NCBI GenBank assembly: GCA_026396455.1
Contig: JAPLWT010000037.1
Span: forward strand, 1-33,820
DNA: 33,820 nt
Origin: Candidatus Micrarchaeota archaeon
GTDB lineage: Archaea; Micrarchaeota; Micrarchaeia; Burarchaeales; Fermentimicrarchaeaceae
Direction of reading: 5' to 3'
Below, piece after piece: positions 24,630 through 33,820 of the stretch; the first letter of the stretch is position 1; each line of letters begins with the position of its first letter. The translations under genes were made by a program, and so were the position numbers. The notes beneath the pieces were generated by a model that searched no databases, was not told where the DNA came from, and worked only from the letters and a program-made list of their open reading frames with translations.

Positions 24630-25726
24630 TCAATCCACCTCTCACTTTTCCTGGGCCCGCTTTTTTTCATGCGTGTTCTCTCATCCTTCTCCTTTCTGAA
24701 TATCGCGTCCATTTCATCTAGAAATGACTTCAATGCACTCCTGAGGTCCCAACCGAATGAGCTGGCGGAGTAGGAGATTCGTCCTGCACTTAGTTTTCCA
24801 TGCACCGAGTACTTTTTTCTATGCTTCTTGAAATGAAGGTACATGTGTTCAACGTCAAAACTTTTCTTTAGCTTGCTGAGGAAGTTCATGCATTCTTCCC
24901 TAATGTCCCCAACGAACATCCTGTCTCCTTCAACAAGGCCTGAGATGTCCAATGCAGTCTCATCGGGCCCAGCAACTCCCTTGAATAGGTCCCTTGCGCT
25001 AATGATTCCCACAGGTTTCTGCCCGCTCTCGACTATGAGCGCTGCTACGTCATTTTCAATCATCTCCATGGCACTTTCCTTGAGCGATGCGTCCGGTTTT
25101 ATTGTATGGGCATCCTCGCGCATTAATGATGAAACTGGTATATCCTCAAGCCTAGTTTTTCTCCTTCCAAGGGGGAGCTTATCCCTTGGCTTGCTCAGGA
25201 AAGCTGCAAAATCGTATGCGGTTAGAACTCCTACAAGCTTGCCCTCGTTGACCACCGCAAGCTTTCCATACTGGTTCCCGCGCATCTTCGATTTTGCTCT
25301 GCCCAGATGGGATTTCAGGTCTATCCTCGGCACTGGCTTGAACATCAGCTCTTCCACCCTTCCTTTCTCCAAAAGGCCTTCACCAGCTATCAACCTCAGG
25401 GCCTCGTTTCTGGGCAGTATGCCTAGGATCCTATCCCCTTCCATAACTGGCAGAGCCCTGTAGGGACCACTGAAGAAAAGCCTGCAGATGTTGAGCACAC
25501 TCGTATTCCTAGTGATTGTTGGAGCAGAGATGGCGATTGAACCAACTTTGGATGTATGCTCAACTGCAGAACTTGTGATGGTCCAATCGTCCACTATCCC
25601 GAAATATTTTTTGTCTTTTAACACAACAAGACAGGTCTTGTGCCTTGGGAGTTCGCTTATGGCCTTAGTCAAAGGTTCTTCGTAATCGACAGTAAATGCT
25701 TCTTTCATCCTATCAAAAAGCTCCAT
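24626..25726 (-). CDS. 4xCBS-domain protein with C-terminal HPF/RaiA-like domain, putative ribosome hibernation factor
   Basis: Four CBS repeats; C-terminal domain pattern LHFKKH..KYSVHGKL..SASSFGWDLRSALKSFLDEM resembles HPF. Confidence 0.75.
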   Translation of the reverse strand: MELFDRMKEAFTVDYEEPLTKAISELPRHKTCLVVLKDKKYFGIVDDWTITSSAVEHTSKVGSIAISAPTITRNTSVLNICRLFFSGPYRALPVMEGDRILGILPRNEALRLIAGEGLLEKGRVEELMFKPVPRIDLKSHLGRAKSKMRGNQYGKLAVVNEGKLVGVLTAYDFAAFLSKPRDKLPLGRRKTRLEDIPVSSLMREDAHTIKPDASLKESAMEMIENDVAALIVESGQKPVGIISARDLFKGVAGPDETALDISGLVEGDRMFVGDIREECMNFLSKLKKSFDVEHMYLHFKKHRKKYSVHGKLSAGRISYSASSFGWDLRSALKSFLDEMDAIFRKEKDERTRMKKSGPRKSERWIE

Positions 25727-25776
25727 TAGCTCACCTCTATATTATTTAAGATAGCAAATAAATTAATACTGGTTAT

Positions 25777-26745
25777 ATGAAGACATCGGAGTTGGGTGAG
25801 AGGAAGTTGATTGCACTTCTGACTAGAGGTCTACACACAAACAGAAGAGTGATTTCGGGTGCGGGTGAGGATGACGCAGCTCTTATAAGCCTTGGGGGGA
25901 AGGAGCTTGTTGCAACTTCGGACATAATGTTTGCCTCCACCCATTTCCCGAGAGGAATGAAACCCGAGCAGATTGGGAGGAAGGTTGCAATCGCGAATAT
26001 GAGTGATTTAGCTGCCACGGGAGCATCGCCGCTTGCAATGCTCTTCTCGTTCGGGATACCTCCCCAGTTTGAGGTTGGGGAACTGAGGAGGATAGCGCGC
26101 GGTATAGATAGGGTTTGCTCGGAGTATGACGCTCCTTTTGTCGGGGGGGATACGAAAAAGTCCAGAGAGCTTACAATCTGCGGAATTGCTCTCGGTGAAG
26201 TTGGGAGGAATGAAGCTCTGAGAAGAAGCAATGCGAAAGCAGGAGATGTGGTCGCAGTGACTGGCGAGATAGGGAATGCTGCACTAGGTTTGAGGATGAT
26301 GCTGAGCGGTATGAGGGTTTCAGGATACAAAAAACTCATCGATGCATTTCTGAAACCGAAGGCTAGAGTCAAAGAGGGAAGAGCAATAGCGGAGTGTAGG
26401 GCAGGGGCTGCCGGGATGGATATAACTGACGGTCTGCTCTTCTCTGCGGGGGAGATAGCCAGAATGAGCGGGGTATGCATCTCGCTTGACGGTAGTAGGA
26501 TTCCGGTATCAGAAGAGGCGAGGAAATTTGCGAGGGAGCATAATATTGGGGAGAGGTTACTTCTAAACAGCGGTGAGGATTATGAGCTTCTTGTGACGGT
26601 AAAGGGAAGAAGGTTTAAGGAAGTTAGGGGCAATGTTGAGGATTGCGGTGGTGCCCTCATAGAGATTGGAAGAGTGACAAGAGGAAGGGGGGTGCTGCTT
26701 GATGGAAAAATGGTCGGGACAGAAGGATACGACTCTATGAAATGA
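25777..26745 (+). CDS. thiL: Thiamine-monophosphate kinase
   Basis: GE..LI, DDAA, HFP, NMSDLAA.GA.P, GGDT, DITDGL, GEDYELL. Confidence 0.96.
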   Translation: MKTSELGERKLIALLTRGLHTNRRVISGAGEDDAALISLGGKELVATSDIMFASTHFPRGMKPEQIGRKVAIANMSDLAATGASPLAMLFSFGIPPQFEVGELRRIARGIDRVCSEYDAPFVGGDTKKSRELTICGIALGEVGRNEALRRSNAKAGDVVAVTGEIGNAALGLRMMLSGMRVSGYKKLIDAFLKPKARVKEGRAIAECRAGAAGMDITDGLLFSAGEIARMSGVCISLDGSRIPVSEEARKFAREHNIGERLLLNSGEDYELLVTVKGRRFKEVRGNVEDCGGALIEIGRVTRGRGVLLDGKMVGTEGYDSMK

Positions 26746-26764
26746 TGACTAGATGTTGGTGAAT

Positions 26765-27319
26765 ATGCGTTATACTGAGCACTTGGTTTTAAGCGGTATT
26801 GTAAACGGAGCATTCTTGTTTATACTTTATACGAATTTTCATGTTGATATATTCAGAGCAGAACTTATTGTTCCCTTAGTGGGGACATTTTATATTTTCA
26901 GTATTCTTCCGGACATAGACCACTCGAAATCTCATGCAAGCGGGATTTTGAATTTATTTTTGATGTGCCTATTCGGTTTTTCTGCATTCAATTTTTATAG
27001 AACTTTTAATCCGCTTGATTTAGCAAAAATCATTATTGCAACGGCGATTTTTATAGTTCACGTAAAATACTCTGAGAATAGTCGCTTACACCGTAAATTC
27101 CCGCATACGTTTACATTCGGAATTGTTGCATGTCTACTTTTGTATTTTCTGGCAAACTCGATGCTTGTGTGCATGGTTGGCGCAATTTCATTTTTTACGC
27201 ATATACTGAGCGATGGTTATGTTATACGGGCTATTGAAAAAGACAGAACATTATGGAGATTAGCGGGATCTAGAATAACTGCTATCAAAAACAGAATATC
27301 TAAGCGCAAGGGTTTTTAA
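26765..27319 (+). CDS. Membrane-bound metal-dependent hydrolase (YdjM-like)
   Basis: H, LPDIDH, HRKFPHT, HILSD motifs within TM helices; AT-rich gene. Confidence 0.8.
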   Translation: MRYTEHLVLSGIVNGAFLFILYTNFHVDIFRAELIVPLVGTFYIFSILPDIDHSKSHASGILNLFLMCLFGFSAFNFYRTFNPLDLAKIIIATAIFIVHVKYSENSRLHRKFPHTFTFGIVACLLLYFLANSMLVCMVGAISFFTHILSDGYVIRAIEKDRTLWRLAGSRITAIKNRISKRKGF

Positions 27320-27346
27320 TCTGTTAAACGAAAATTTACTCTGCAT

Positions 27347-27418
27347 GGGCTCGTAGTCGAATGGTAAGACGTCACCCTGACACGGTGAAAACTCCCGGTT
27401 CGATCCCGGGCGGGCCCA
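27347..27418 (+). tRNA. tRNA-Val(GAC)
   Basis: GGGCTCG/CGGGCCC-A acceptor; TCACC-CT-GAC-AC-GGTGA anticodon arm; CCCGG-TTCGATC-CCGGG T arm. Confidence 0.93.
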
Positions 27419-27460
27419 CTATACTTACAGGCTATTTTGAGGATTGAAACATCTCATCAA

Positions 27461-27943
27461 CTAGAGCTTGTAACCTATCTGCCTGAGGAACTCCTTCCTT
27501 TTCCTGACATCTTCAGGCTTCTCAACACCCTTGCTCTTCAAGCCATCTATCACTCCCAAGATTCCTCTTCCCTGCTCGCTCTCTGCAATTACAACCTCGG
27601 CATCATTCGCAGTTGCGCAGTAGATTGAGCAGACTTCCGGGATGCTCTTTATTGCGTTGAGCACATTGAGGGGATATGCGTTTTTCATGAATATTATGAA
27701 CGAATGCCCGGCAGCAATGTTGCTTGCGTTCTTTGAAGCGAGCTGCTTGAGCTCCTCGTCATTGCCGGTCACTCTCACAAGGCAAGGTCCCGAACTCTCG
27801 CAGAAGGCAGCACCGAATTTCACGGATGGACAGGAGCCAACCATCGCCTCATGGATGTCCTCTATAGTTTTTATGAAATGAGACTGGCCCAGTATAGTAT
27901 TGCAATCAGCCGGCTTTTCAATTTTGACAAGCTTCAGCTCCAT
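27461..27943 (-). CDS. Adenosine-specific kinase family protein (DUF355)
   Basis: ILGQSHFIKT, FCESSG, AGHSF, IYCATAN, GRGILGVIDG, IGYKL. Confidence 0.9.
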   Translation of the reverse strand: MELKLVKIEKPADCNTILGQSHFIKTIEDIHEAMVGSCPSVKFGAAFCESSGPCLVRVTGNDEELKQLASKNASNIAAGHSFIIFMKNAYPLNVLNAIKSIPEVCSIYCATANDAEVVIAESEQGRGILGVIDGLKSKGVEKPEDVRKRKEFLRQIGYKL

Positions 27944-27951
27944 CTCGTCAC

Positions 27952-28449
27952 CTACTCGAATACTATCATGACATCAGAATCTAGAAGATATTTTAGGGCT
28001 TTCTCAAGGGTGTTTATGTCTACTGGCAACTGCGTTATCTCCTTCTTTGAGAACCTCACCTTGTATACGCTCCCATCTTTTTTGTAAAGCTTGTTTATGC
28101 CAAGTATTTTTGCTGGGGCAACTACATCGGAGAGAGTTTTTTTTATGTCGCCGCTAATCTCGGCTATCCGGACCTTCTTGCCAAGCTCCTGAGATATTTC
28201 GGAGACAACCTTGCCCTCCTTCCCGATAAGAAGACCCACGTCTTTCTTAGTGAGTATTATGACCACCCTGTCCAGATCTATAACTTTTGTGAGGTCAGCA
28301 TGCTCCAAGTTGTATTTGTTCTTGAGCTTGTATAAGAGTCTGCTCAGCTTAACCTCTAGCTTGGAGAGCTTCCCTTTCTTTACTTTCTCTTCGCACCCCG
28401 AGCACAATGTATTGCTTTTTGCGCATAGTTCGCATACCGGTAGATTCAT
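27952..28449 (-). CDS. NusA-like KH-domain protein with N-terminal Zn finger (archaeal NusA paralog)
   Basis: PVCELCAKS..LCSGC, KH GxxG loop LIGKEGK. Confidence 0.85.
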   Translation of the reverse strand: MNLPVCELCAKSNTLCSGCEEKVKKGKLSKLEVKLSRLLYKLKNKYNLEHADLTKVIDLDRVVIILTKKDVGLLIGKEGKVVSEISQELGKKVRIAEISGDIKKTLSDVVAPAKILGINKLYKKDGSVYKVRFSKKEITQLPVDINTLEKALKYLLDSDVMIVFE

Positions 28450-28498
28450 CCAGTCCCACCATTATTGAAGAAGAATAAAAAATGAAAAAAGGAAAAAT

Positions 28499-28789
28499 CT
28501 ATTTCGAAAGGGTTATTTCTATTGCGGATACTTTGGACATGCTTCCGTCCTCCGAAGTGAGTTCCTCGGTCTTTATCACTATGCCCTTTAGTTTCGCTTC
28601 TGGCATGAATCTGTTCCTCACTATCTCCGCAACATCCACGGCTCTAGAAATCACTTTTCCTCTAGCCTTTATTCCGACCTCAGCTGCTCCGCCATTGAAC
28701 TGGGTTATGACTGCCAGAACGTAGCACATCACGCTTTTCTTGCCGATGTAGACAACGTTCTCGTCCTTTCTCATTGTTTCCTCTGCCAT
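28499..28789 (-). CDS. albA: DNA/RNA-binding protein Alba
   Basis: [33 protein letters not shown]. Confidence 0.97.
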   Translation of the reverse strand: MAEETMRKDENVVYIGKKSVMCYVLAVITQFNGGAAEVGIKARGKVISRAVDVAEIVRNRFMPEAKLKGIVIKTEELTSEDGSMSKVSAIEITLSK

Positions 28790-28844
28790 TTAATGCACCT
28801 CCCTTTGTGTTGGTTTATACTTGGGTAATATTTTCTCGATTGGG

Positions 28845-29708
28845 TTATAAATCTTTATGTTTCTCACGGTATTCTTCTACCATCCCTTCAAGATCCGGTT
28901 CACCCTCTTCCTCAGTTTCAGCCTCTGTGGAATCAACTGATTTGACATGAGGCTTATATTTGCTGCGCACCACTTGTTTCAGTCGGGTTACCTCCCTTTC
29001 CATTCTCCTAATCTCCTTCTCCCTTGCTAGCCTTTCAAAAACTCCTCTCTCAAGGAACTTTATCTTGTCTCTCAGCAATTGGTTCTCGTTCTCCAGCCTA
29101 TCAACGGCTTTCCTAAGCTCAACGTTTGAATTGAGTAGTTCCTTGAGCTGCTTGTTCTTCTTATCAAGGTCTATCCTTGTCTCCTCCCTGCCCTTAACCT
29201 TGGGCATCTCAATCTCCCTTTCTATGTCAACCATGAGAAGAGCGTTACTCAGAGAGGTGCTGTTGAGAACTAGGTGTTTTATCTCAGCTGCTTTATCACT
29301 AAGCCCCTTCTCCTTCAGGATCCTGTCGACCTGCCTGAGCTTATTCTCGTAGAACCTGAAGGCCTTCATGGCGGCTGCAGCTGCATCTTTCTCGTGCTCA
29401 TTGGAGAACTTCATTCCCTCCACAAGCTGGTTTTTCTCCCTCTCGCTCATATCTTTATCAGGAATAAAAACTCTGGAGTTGAAATAGGAAGCTAGCTTCA
29501 GAAGCAGCTCGGGGGCGTGGTTTACGTCGCATGCGAGAAGGGAGGGTTTTCCCTCCTTGCTTATGATATCAACAAGCTCCTCCTTGCTCATCTCCCTTTT
29601 GCTTCCTACAGAAAAAGTTTTCTTCTCGAAATCGAATATAGCATATCCTATTGTGGTGCCCGGGTCAATGCCGATAATCAACTGCTTCAGCTCATCACCA
29701 GCGATCAC
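28845..29708 (-). CDS. DUF460 domain protein (RNase H-like fold + coiled coil)
   Basis: IIGIDPGTTIG, ACDV..P, D.S..EK, N.HEKDA..AA; long coiled coil. Confidence 0.85.
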   Translation of the reverse strand: MIAGDELKQLIIGIDPGTTIGYAIFDFEKKTFSVGSKREMSKEELVDIISKEGKPSLLACDVNHAPELLLKLASYFNSRVFIPDKDMSEREKNQLVEGMKFSNEHEKDAAAAAMKAFRFYENKLRQVDRILKEKGLSDKAAEIKHLVLNSTSLSNALLMVDIEREIEMPKVKGREETRIDLDKKNKQLKELLNSNVELRKAVDRLENENQLLRDKIKFLERGVFERLAREKEIRRMEREVTRLKQVVRSKYKPHVKSVDSTEAETEEEGEPDLEGMVEEYREKHKDL

Positions 29709-30949
29709 TGCTTCTCGAATATGAGTCTCTGCTTGACAAACACTCTTGTCCCGCGGGGTATATCTCTGTCAACGACAACTCCGGCTCCAACCCAGCAATT
29801 GTCACCTATCGTCATGCCAGGCATTACGGAGGATAGCACGCCGGTCTTTGTATTGTCGCCGATTATAACACCGAGCTTGCTCCTTTTGGTATCCACTTTC
29901 TTGTTCATCACTTCCATGCTGATAGTGCCGGCATCAAACCTCCAGTTAGCTACCTGAGTCCCAGCGCCGAAATTGCAGTTCTCACCGATTATGCTGTCAC
30001 CTATGTACGTGAGATGTTTGGCGTTGACATGATTCATGATTATGCTGTTCTTCACCGTTGTAGAATCGCTTATGCTGCAGTCCTCTCCTATGCTGCTGTT
30101 GCCTCTTATGAATGAATGGGGGCCCACTTCAGTGTTCTTTCCTATGAAGACAGGCCCTTCTATGACACTGTCGAATACGCGGGCACCTCGCTCTATGATG
30201 ACTTTGCCACTAACCCGAGAATGCTCGATTTTGCCTTCCTTCTTTGCCTTCATGGTCTTGAGGAGGAACTCGTTTGCATCAAACAGCTGCCAAGGCACGC
30301 CAAGGTCCTGCCAGTATTCAGTGAGCTCAACTCCCCTCGCATTCCCCTTGCTGGCAAGAATCTTTATCAGGTCTGTGATCTCGTATTCTCCCCTCTTTGA
30401 GAGTCGGAGGGACTTCATTTTTGAGAAGAGACTTTCGTTCATCACATACATGCTGCAGTTCGCAAGTCCGCTCCTGCGGGTTTTGGGCTTCTCCTCAAAT
30501 TTGACTATCTTGCCCCTCTCAAGTTCAGCAACTCCGTAGTTGCTAACATCGTCTACTCTCTTCAAACCAATCGTCATCTCGGAATCGTGGGATGAGATGA
30601 GCTTCTTGATTGCGCTGCTCTCCGTTATTATGTCGCCAGCAATTCCTACGAACGTGTCATCAATCATATCTTCCGCAGCCAGGAACGCATCCGCCGTGCC
30701 TCTCATCTTTTCCTGTACTGCGTACTTTATCCTCATGCCAATCTTGCTGCCATTGCCAAACTCGTCAATTATCTTATGCCTGAGGTAGTTCACGACGATT
30801 ACCACATCCACTATCCCGGCGTTCTTCAAGTTTTCTAGCACGTGAGATAGTATTGGCCTTCCAGCAACCGGTATCATACACTTGGGTCTGGTGTGCGTCA
30901 GAGGTTTCAGCCTCTTTCCCTCGCCAGCAACTAGTATGACTCCCTTCAT
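29705..30949 (-). CDS. glmU: Bifunctional sugar-1-phosphate nucleotidyltransferase/acetyltransferase (archaeal GlmU)
   Basis: GEGKRLKPLT..RPK, EEKP, hexapeptide repeats, HLTYIGDS, NFGAGT. Confidence 0.9.
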   Translation of the reverse strand: MKGVILVAGEGKRLKPLTHTRPKCMIPVAGRPILSHVLENLKNAGIVDVVIVVNYLRHKIIDEFGNGSKIGMRIKYAVQEKMRGTADAFLAAEDMIDDTFVGIAGDIITESSAIKKLISSHDSEMTIGLKRVDDVSNYGVAELERGKIVKFEEKPKTRRSGLANCSMYVMNESLFSKMKSLRLSKRGEYEITDLIKILASKGNARGVELTEYWQDLGVPWQLFDANEFLLKTMKAKKEGKIEHSRVSGKVIIERGARVFDSVIEGPVFIGKNTEVGPHSFIRGNSSIGEDCSISDSTTVKNSIIMNHVNAKHLTYIGDSIIGENCNFGAGTQVANWRFDAGTISMEVMNKKVDTKRSKLGVIIGDNTKTGVLSSVMPGMTIGDNCWVGAGVVVDRDIPRGTRVFVKQRLIFEKQ

Positions 30950-32289
30950 ACCAATCCCTCCTTAACGATTCCCTCAGCTCTCCTGAAGACCTTCTCTAGC
31001 TCCCTCTCGGTCCTGTGCTCGCAGGTCACTCTTATTGCAGACTCTGTTCCTGACGCTCTGACAAGCAACCAACCATCACTGAAATCTATTCTAACTCCGT
31101 CCTTCTCGTTAACATCACCTTTGAATTCTCCCGTAATCCTACCCTTTATCCTTTCCATTGAGGCGCTCCTGTCGTTGCAGTTGAACTTTGCCCGTCTCAT
31201 GGGGTATTTCTTAATTTCTTTCCTTAGCTTCCCCAGCTTGCCCTCCCTGCACATGAGCTCCACAAATTTCAATGTTGCCAGCATTCCATCTGGGGACAGG
31301 ACTTCCTCGGGGAATATGTACTCACCGCAGGGTTCCCCCCCAAAAATTGCTCCGCTTCCCCTCATTCTCTCGGCTACATTCCTGCTTCCCACCTCGGTTA
31401 TTATGAAATTCCCCCCATTTTTTTCAACAGCTTCCTTTACGGCAAGGGATGCCTCTACAGTTGAAACAACACTGCCGCCATTTTCACCCAGCATGTAACC
31501 CGAGATAAGCGAAAGCTGCTCATCAAGCCCCAGCACTTCTCCTCTCTCGTCCATCACGACTACCCTGTCAGCGTCTGCATCGTATCCTATGCCCATATCC
31601 GCTCCGCTGCTCCTGACAACTGCGCATGCATCCTCCAAGCTTTCGCTGTTTGGCTCAAGGTTCCTTGAGAAAGTTCCGCTGGGCTCTGCATTAAATCCGA
31701 CAACTCTGCACCCAACCTCCCGAAGCATGAATGGTGCTATGGAACATGCAGCTCCATTGCCGCAGTCAACAACAATTTTGGGTTTTTTCTTCTCGATAAG
31801 TGCTCTGTCTGTAAGCGAAAACGCAAGCTCAATGTGCTTGTCAACCGCATCCGCAACCGAAAAGGAATCCCCGAAGCCATCAGGCTCAGGGGACGCAAAT
31901 TTCTTTGCTCGCAGCAGGTTCTCAATTTCTCTCTCCTCCTCCCTGCTTATCTCCTCCCCCAAGCGGTTATATAGCTTAAAACCGTTGTAGTGGGGAGGAT
32001 TATGCGATGCGGTTATCATAACCCCGCTGTTGGCTCGAGCCCTCGTCGCTATTGCGGTAGTTGGTGTTGGAACAACTCCAAGTCTTAGAGCAGAGCCGCC
32101 GAGAAAGTTAATTCCCGCAATAAGCGCGCTCTCCAGCACAGCGCCAGATGGCCGGGTATCGCGTCCTATCGCCACCTTGCTCCCCCTGTTCTTGGTTATA
32201 ACTTGACCTAAGGCCAGAGCTAGTTCGGGGGTGATGTTCTCACCTACAACACCGCGTATTCCTGAAGTTCCAAACGATACGTCCGTCAT
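30946..32289 (-). CDS. glmM: Phosphoglucosamine mutase / phosphohexomutase
   Basis: FGTSGIRG, TASHNP, DADADR, RASGTE. Confidence 0.9.
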   Translation of the reverse strand: MTDVSFGTSGIRGVVGENITPELALALGQVITKNRGSKVAIGRDTRPSGAVLESALIAGINFLGGSALRLGVVPTPTTAIATRARANSGVMITASHNPPHYNGFKLYNRLGEEISREEEREIENLLRAKKFASPEPDGFGDSFSVADAVDKHIELAFSLTDRALIEKKKPKIVVDCGNGAACSIAPFMLREVGCRVVGFNAEPSGTFSRNLEPNSESLEDACAVVRSSGADMGIGYDADADRVVVMDERGEVLGLDEQLSLISGYMLGENGGSVVSTVEASLAVKEAVEKNGGNFIITEVGSRNVAERMRGSGAIFGGEPCGEYIFPEEVLSPDGMLATLKFVELMCREGKLGKLRKEIKKYPMRRAKFNCNDRSASMERIKGRITGEFKGDVNEKDGVRIDFSDGWLLVRASGTESAIRVTCEHRTERELEKVFRRAEGIVKEGLV

Positions 32290-32329
32290 ACCACAAATAT
32301 TAAAAACTGCAAAGGTTAAATAAATAGCT

Positions 32330-32482
32330 ATGGCAGAGAGAGTATCAGCACCGCAGAGTTCAACGGGTTTATTGCGCTTCTACGACACGAACGTTGGTGG
32401 ACCGCAGCTTGACCCCAGAGCAGTTGTGGTATTCACAGTGGTATTTATACTTGTTATAAAGGTACTGGGGTACTTTGTCTAG
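32330..32482 (+). CDS. secG: Preprotein translocase subunit Sec61-beta (50 aa)
   Basis: Not in ORF track; MAERVSAPQSSTGLLRFYDTNVGGPQLDPRAVVVFTVVFILVIKVLGYFV; GL.RFY..DP + TM signature. Confidence 0.92.
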   Translation: MAERVSAPQSSTGLLRFYDTNVGGPQLDPRAVVVFTVVFILVIKVLGYFV

Positions 32483-33658
32483 TCATTTCTTCAGGAATTC
32501 TTTGAAGAACTTATCACAAACAGAGGCCACGGTCTTTGTCTTTTCCTTCGGACATGCCACTATGGCTCTCCTCCTAATCTCCTCGGTCTTCTTTATTGAG
32601 CTGACTATGTCTGAAAGCTCCTCTAACGGATACTCCTTTCCGCCCTTCAGTATTTTGACACTGCTCCTGCCGAACTTATCATCATAGGCTTGCCTGGATT
32701 CTATGATGAGTTCATCCACCCCACTTTCTCCCATTATTACCGCCTCAAGCTTCTTAGTGCTCGAGTAATCTTTGAAGAGCTTCTTCCCGTCATCGTTAAG
32801 TTTATGCAGCTCCAGCTCATATGCCCGCTTGTAAAGCTTTCTGCTGCGCATTCTTTCAATAAGCTCCTTGCTTCTCCCTTTTTCCAGTGAAAGCCCCAGC
32901 TGGGCATCATCATATCTTGTCAGTTCATCAAGGGATACCACTCCGTCCTCAAGCGCAAATTCAACCGCCCTCCCCAGCATGGCACTGGCAATCCTGACTG
33001 CATGATGGTAATAGACGGATGAGAACATGAGGAACCTTGCTATCAGAAGGGACTCCGCGGCTTCTATCCCGCCCCAATCAATTATCGCTTTGCTGCCTCT
33101 AAGCCGTATTGTATGAACAATCCTGTCGCAGTCTATCACTCCGTAAGCAACTCCAGTGTAGTGGGAATCCCTCAGGAGGTAATCCATCCTGTCGGAACCG
33201 AGGTCAAAATTTATTATACCCCCTTCTTCCTCACCCGAGAGTATTGAACAGATTCTTTTTAGGTCATACCCGTTATCCTTCAGTATCTCACCGCTAGCTC
33301 CCTTCCTCACCAGTTCTGAACCCCTCTTCTCATGGCTGCCCATCTTTCTTCTGATGAGGATTCCCTCGCTCTCATGGGAGAAAGCAGTATGCCCGACATC
33401 GTGGAGAAGGGCAGCTGCTCTTATATCTCTTGTCTCTTCTTTAGGAAGCGAGAGGCTCTCGCATATCTCTCCAGTTATATGCATAGTTCCGATGGAATGC
33501 TCGAACCTCGTATGATTGGCGCCCGGGTAGATGAGGTAGGCAACGGCCATCTGTTTTATCCCTCTCAGTCTCTGGACCTCTGGGGTGTCAATAAGCTTGA
33601 GCTCAGCATCGCTGATGTATACGTTTCCGTGGATGGCATCCTTTATAACAGGCATCAT
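32483..33658 (-). CDS. HD-domain phosphohydrolase (SAMHD1-like dNTP triphosphohydrolase family)
   Basis: D.IHG, QRLR.IKQ, HTRFEHSIG, LLHDVGH..FSH, DRMDYLLRD, VYYH. Confidence 0.92.
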   Translation of the reverse strand: MMPVIKDAIHGNVYISDAELKLIDTPEVQRLRGIKQMAVAYLIYPGANHTRFEHSIGTMHITGEICESLSLPKEETRDIRAAALLHDVGHTAFSHESEGILIRRKMGSHEKRGSELVRKGASGEILKDNGYDLKRICSILSGEEEGGIINFDLGSDRMDYLLRDSHYTGVAYGVIDCDRIVHTIRLRGSKAIIDWGGIEAAESLLIARFLMFSSVYYHHAVRIASAMLGRAVEFALEDGVVSLDELTRYDDAQLGLSLEKGRSKELIERMRSRKLYKRAYELELHKLNDDGKKLFKDYSSTKKLEAVIMGESGVDELIIESRQAYDDKFGRSSVKILKGGKEYPLEELSDIVSSIKKTEEIRRRAIVACPKEKTKTVASVCDKFFKEFLKK

Positions 33659-33819
33659 ACCAACTCGTAGGTCCCTCTCCTCTTCTCTATTGCATCCCCC
33701 TTGTCCTTCATTATCTCGAGCACTACCATAGCGGCTGGCTCGCTTACTTTCAGCTCCCTGCTGATATCGCTTACGTTATTAGCCCCCCTCTTCATGCTCT
33801 GCTTAACCTTGTCGAAAAG
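33655..33819 (-). CDS. Partial CDS, C-terminal winged-helix domain (gene starts beyond the window)
   Basis: ...LFDKVKQSMKRGANNVSDISRELKVSEPAAMVVLEIMKDKGDAIEKRRGTYELV*; ATGA overlap with the HD gene. Confidence 0.65.
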   Translation of the reverse strand, partial: LFDKVKQSMKRGANNVSDISRELKVSEPAAMVVLEIMKDKGDAIEKRRGTYELV

Positions 33820-33820
33820 G

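Overview
Archaeal genomic window. It has archaeal ribosomal proteins, aIF5A, Alba, KEOPS, Sec61-beta, an intron-containing tRNA, GGTGA Shine-Dalgarno sites and BRE/TATA promoters. Gene style suggests a DPANN lineage such as Micrarchaeota (inference). Most of it is housekeeping: KEOPS Kae1/Bud32, S24e, S27ae, L41e, L7Ae-S28e-L24e-ndk, purH, thiDN/thiL, glmM/glmU, Alba and a NusA-like protein. Four short conserved genes are missing from the ORF track (L41e, S27ae, L24e, Sec61-beta). Accessory elements are: (i) an AT-rich wHTH + RelE-like toxin-antitoxin-like pair next to attC-like sequences; (ii) two clusters of class III signal-peptide pilin-like genes, one with a VWA adhesin; (iii) a solo TnpB with a rearranged, Fanzor-like RuvC site abutting tatD-NYN; (iv) a K+-independent H+-PPase bracketed by tRNA-Ala and a degenerate copy of its 3' half; (v) a ~550-nt structured, mostly non-coding leader in front of an SPFH operon; (vi) a 4xCBS + HPF-like putative ribosome hibernation factor. 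No CRISPR array, rRNA, integrase or TnpA is present. All calls come from motif recognition by eye; no searches were run.
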